From Candidatus Latescibacterota bacterium (GTDB lineage Bacteria; Latescibacterota; UBA2968), in contig OZ242010.1 in NCBI GenBank assembly GCA_965204745.1, positions 1,664,001 to 1,728,000 of the forward strand: a stretch of 64,000 nt of DNA, read 5' to 3'. The notes beneath the pieces are model-generated. The model worked only from the letters and a program-made list of their open reading frames with translations. It had not been told where the DNA came from and made no database searches. A program made the position numbers and the translations under genes. Below are positions 60,654 through 64,000 of the stretch, in pieces (within the stretch, counting starts at the first letter, position 1; every line of letters begins with the position of its first letter).

Positions 60654-63047
60654 ATGGTTATGAATGACAGATGGCATTTTGTGGTCGGCGTTTTCTTTTT
60701 GACGCTCTTCTCGACGCCCGACGTCTGTGCTCAAAGTGAAAAGGAGCGCGTCACTATCGGCATCATCGCGGATGAGGGCCAACGGGCGGAAACCGATTTT
60801 TGGCTCGAGCCGCTAAAACGCGAACTGAACGCGCTTTTGGGGTCAAAATATCATCTCCAAATTTTGGAAGACAAAATTCTGGGCGCGGATTGGTCTGCCC
60901 ATGTCGCTGCCCAAAACTACGACCGGCTGATGCAGGATCAGAACGTGGATATCATCATTGGCATCGGACTTTTGACGAGTTCGGTCATCGCGCAGGAGAG
61001 GCCCTATCAAAAACCCGTTATCGCGCTGGGCATTCTCGATCCCAAATTGCAGGGATTGCCCCTACCCCAAAAAAACAGCTCGAATGTTCACAATCTCACT
61101 TATGTCCTCCTGTCCAATCGATCTTTGGCGAGAGAGTTGGATGTTTTCTTCGATCTCTTTCCCTATCGAAAGGTCGGCGTTGTTTTCTACGGCGAATGGT
61201 TGAATTTTTTCATCGAAGACGAGGCGTTTTTGCAAAGTTTTTTGCGAGAGGTCATGGAGAAAAATCGAACTTCGTTTGCGTTGCTTCCATTCGCCAATGC
61301 GGTTGAAACGCTATCTCTGGCCGTGCGGCAGGGCATCGATGCTTTTTACATCGGGTATTTGGGGCCGCATGAAGGCGCGGCAAAACGCGCCTTTATCGAC
61401 TCTATCAATGTTAGAGGCATGCCCTCTTTTGGTTCTTCTGTGCTCGACGTTCGGCAGGGCGTTTTGGCAGCCACCGCGCCAGAGGAGAATTTCTCCAGAA
61501 TTATTCGGCGCGTTTCCCTGCACGTCGAAGCCATCCTCAATGGGGAAGATGCCGCGCGGTTGCCCGTCCACATGAGCTTTGAAGAGAATTTGACGCTCAA
61601 CATGCAAACCGCCAACGAGATCGGATTTTCTCCCAAATACACCGTGCTCGCAAAGGCCGACTTGATCGATGAATTTGCTTTGGAAGGCGTGCGCGTCGTG
61701 GATTTGCGCCAAGTGGTGAGCGAGGTGATGGACGCCAATCTCGGCCTGAAAATCCAACGCGGTGATGTCGCCGTCGCGCACAAAGATGTGGCGCTGTCTC
61801 GCACCCGGTTTTTTCCTTCTCTGAACTTGAATGTCACAGGTGTGCGGATCGATAAAGACCGCGCGCAAAACTCGTTTGGGCAACAGGCCGAGCGCGCTGT
61901 GACTGGAAAAGTGGGCGTTGGGCAGTTGTTTTTCTCCGAGCGGACAATGGGCGAGGTGTCGATCAAAAATTATCGGTTGCACTCGGCAGAATACGGGTAC
62001 GAAAAATTGAAACTCGATGCGATTTTAGATGCTGCCGTGGCTTATTTTCAGGTCTTGAGGGCCAAAACCGGTCGCAAAATTCAGCGAGACAATGTGGCAC
62101 TCACCAAGAGAAATCTCGAGATTGCCAGACAGCGGGAAGCCATCGGCTATTCCGGGCGGTCGGATGTCTATCGTTGGGAGAGCCGATTGACGGCGGCCAA
62201 TACGAATTTGCTATCGGCCAAAAACGCCGTGGAGTTGGCAAAGATCCAGTTGAATCAGTTGCTCAACCGCCCCATTGGCGAAGCGTTCATCGCACGGGAG
62301 GCCGCGTTGTCCGACAGTCTGTATTTGAGTTATATCGGCAGTGTAGAAAAATATATCGACACGCCCAAATCGTTGCGTATTTACACGGAGTTCCTCATTG
62401 CAGAAGCGCGGCGCAATGCGCCGGAACTTCGGCAACTCGCGGCGAATATCAACGCCGTGCAAAGATCGCTTCGATCACTGAAGTTGGCGCGCTTTGTTCC
62501 GACCCTCGCCTTGAGTGCAGAATGGCAACACGTCGTTTCCCGCAGTGGCATGGGGTCAGACGTCGCTGGCGTCGATCCAGTTGATAACCCCTGGAATGTG
62601 AGCCTCAACGCGTCGTTGCCCCTTTTTCAAGGCGGTGCAACGCGCGTCAATATTCAGAAGACGCGCATCGAAATTGACAAACTCGAAGATCAAAAGGCGC
62701 AGTTGATGCGGGGTTTGGAACTAAACGTGCGGACTGCCATACTGGATGTAAGCGTCAAAAGCGTCAATCTCGAGTCATCCCAAAAGTCGGCTGAATTGGC
62801 CGATAAAAGTCTGGAACTGGTGCAGAATGAATACGCACAGGGCCGCGTTTCCATCGTCGATCTGGTCGATGCACAAAACGCGGCATTGGCCGCGAGATTA
62901 AACGCGCTGGATTCGGGGTACGAATTTTTGATCAGCTTATTAAAAACCGAGCGCGCCGTGGGAAAATTCAGTCTGTTGGGCACGGCTGACGAGCGCGCCG
63001 AGTTTCTCAATCGCTTTGAGCGTTATTTTTTACAGCGCGTGCGGTAA
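60654..63047 (+). CDS. TolC-family outer membrane efflux protein with an N-terminal periplasmic-binding-like domain
   Basis: C-terminal TolC repeats (ANLGLK, FFPSLNL, AYFQVL, LPLFQGG, YAQGRVSIVDLVDAQ); ~340-aa N-terminal region ending in LPV...LTLNMQTANEIG. Confidence 0.85.
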   Translation: MVMNDRWHFVVGVFFLTLFSTPDVCAQSEKERVTIGIIADEGQRAETDFWLEPLKRELNALLGSKYHLQILEDKILGADWSAHVAAQNYDRLMQDQNVDIIIGIGLLTSSVIAQERPYQKPVIALGILDPKLQGLPLPQKNSSNVHNLTYVLLSNRSLARELDVFFDLFPYRKVGVVFYGEWLNFFIEDEAFLQSFLREVMEKNRTSFALLPFANAVETLSLAVRQGIDAFYIGYLGPHEGAAKRAFIDSINVRGMPSFGSSVLDVRQGVLAATAPEENFSRIIRRVSLHVEAILNGEDAARLPVHMSFEENLTLNMQTANEIGFSPKYTVLAKADLIDEFALEGVRVVDLRQVVSEVMDANLGLKIQRGDVAVAHKDVALSRTRFFPSLNLNVTGVRIDKDRAQNSFGQQAERAVTGKVGVGQLFFSERTMGEVSIKNYRLHSAEYGYEKLKLDAILDAAVAYFQVLRAKTGRKIQRDNVALTKRNLEIARQREAIGYSGRSDVYRWESRLTAANTNLLSAKNAVELAKIQLNQLLNRPIGEAFIAREAALSDSLYLSYIGSVEKYIDTPKSLRIYTEFLIAEARRNAPELRQLAANINAVQRSLRSLKLARFVPTLALSAEWQHVVSRSGMGSDVAGVDPVDNPWNVSLNASLPLFQGGATRVNIQKTRIEIDKLEDQKAQLMRGLELNVRTAILDVSVKSVNLESSQKSAELADKSLELVQNEYAQGRVSIVDLVDAQNAALAARLNALDSGYEFLISLLKTERAVGKFSLLGTADERAEFLNRFERYFLQRVR

Positions 63048-63079
63048 GCCATCCACCCTCACCTGAAAGAGGCAGTCCC

Positions 63080-64000
63080 ATGCAACCCAAACTCAGCTCG
63101 ACCATCTGGTTGGTCGTTTTGCTTTTCGCATGCGGCAGCGAGAACCGCGACCAAAGAGAAATCATCCGCCCGGTTCGCCACCAGCGAGTCGTTCTTTCCG
63201 GCGGCGAGCAAAGCAAAATTTTGTCTGGCACCTCAAAAGCCGGTACCACATCGAAATTGAGCTTTCGCGTTGGGGGCATTGTCGATGGGGTCGATGTCAA
63301 AGTTGGCGAGAAGGTCCACGAGGGCAAGCGGCTCGCTTCCATCGACCGTTCCGATGCACAACTCAACTATGAAAAGGCACTCGAGATGTTGAGAAAGGCG
63401 GAGACGCAGAAAGATATCGCCCGGTCAAATTTGGATAGGGTCAAGGAATTGTACGAGAACAACAATATCTCTTTGAGCGAGTACGAGGCTGCAAAAGATA
63501 AATACGCTTCGGCCAATTCCGCCCATAACACGGAACGAAGAAATGCAGATCTGAAGAAACGGGAACTCGGCTATTACGCCCTGTACGCGCCGATAGACGG
63601 CATCATCTCGGAGGTCGTCATCGAAAAAAATGAACAGGTCAGCCCCGGTCAGGTCGTTATGACTATCGCGTCCAAAGAGGATATCGAGGTGAGCATCGGC
63701 ATGCCGGAAGCATTTATTTTTCGCATTGAGGCCGGCGAGAAAGTCTCGGTGAAATTTTCATCTCTGCCCGATAAAATTTTCGATGGGACGATCTCCGAGG
63801 TGTCGTTTGCCCCTGACGCGCAATCGTCCGTCTATCCGGTTATCGTAACAGTCGAACACCCGACCAGCGACATCAGGCCCGGCATGGCGGCGGATGTGAC
63901 GTTTCATTTTTCCACGCGCAATCGCGCATCCACAGCTCGGTTGATCGCGCCGGTGAGTGCTGTGGGCAAAGACGAAAGCGGCACCTTCGTGTTCGTCTTG
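63080..64000 (+). CDS. RND efflux periplasmic adaptor (MFP) subunit, 5' part (runs off the window)
   Basis: MQPKLSSTIWLVVLLFAC lipobox; LSFRVGG.V..V.VKVGE.V, LYAPIDG, IRPGMAADV. Confidence 0.9.
   Translation, partial: MQPKLSSTIWLVVLLFACGSENRDQREIIRPVRHQRVVLSGGEQSKILSGTSKAGTTSKLSFRVGGIVDGVDVKVGEKVHEGKRLASIDRSDAQLNYEKALEMLRKAETQKDIARSNLDRVKELYENNNISLSEYEAAKDKYASANSAHNTERRNADLKKRELGYYALYAPIDGIISEVVIEKNEQVSPGQVVMTIASKEDIEVSIGMPEAFIFRIEAGEKVSVKFSSLPDKIFDGTISEVSFAPDAQSSVYPVIVTVEHPTSDIRPGMAADVTFHFSTRNRASTARLIAPVSAVGKDESGTFVFVL

Overview
A GC-rich bacterial chromosomal segment. Five Cys-type sulfatases, aldo/keto reductases, a giant repetitive surface protein and dense small intergenic repeats suggest a Latescibacteria/Poribacteria-like marine or sponge-associated heterotroph (inference only). 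From left to right: the end of a urea ABC transporter; a urease operon whose proteins look plant/fungal-like (fused gamma-beta subunit, His-tailed UreG, no ureE); catabolic genes; a three-gene toxin-antitoxin block with a chimeric antitoxin; and an M20 amidohydrolase whose metal-ligand Cys codon is an in-frame TGA followed by a SECIS-like hairpin (candidate selenoprotein). Next comes an ~11 kb integrase-free defence island (type IIG/ISP-like R-M, an uncharacterised helical protein + nuclease pair, orphan hicB, C5 methylase + GHKL ATPase-nuclease) with duplicated gene ends at its junctions. After smc, sulfatases and glutaminyl cyclase lies a 1939-aa adhesin preceded by a structured leader and a C25 tract that could phase-switch it. 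The right part holds an amidohydrolase-Rieske pair, speD, a 2-phosphoglycerate kinase-like gene, an A10-frameshifted restriction endonuclease with its methylase, and the start of an RND efflux operon. Intergenic DNA is a nested mosaic of MITE-like elements, REP-like palindromes, 7-9 bp tandem repeats and ~28-33 bp insertion units. No rRNA, tRNA, CRISPR array, integrase or transposase was seen.
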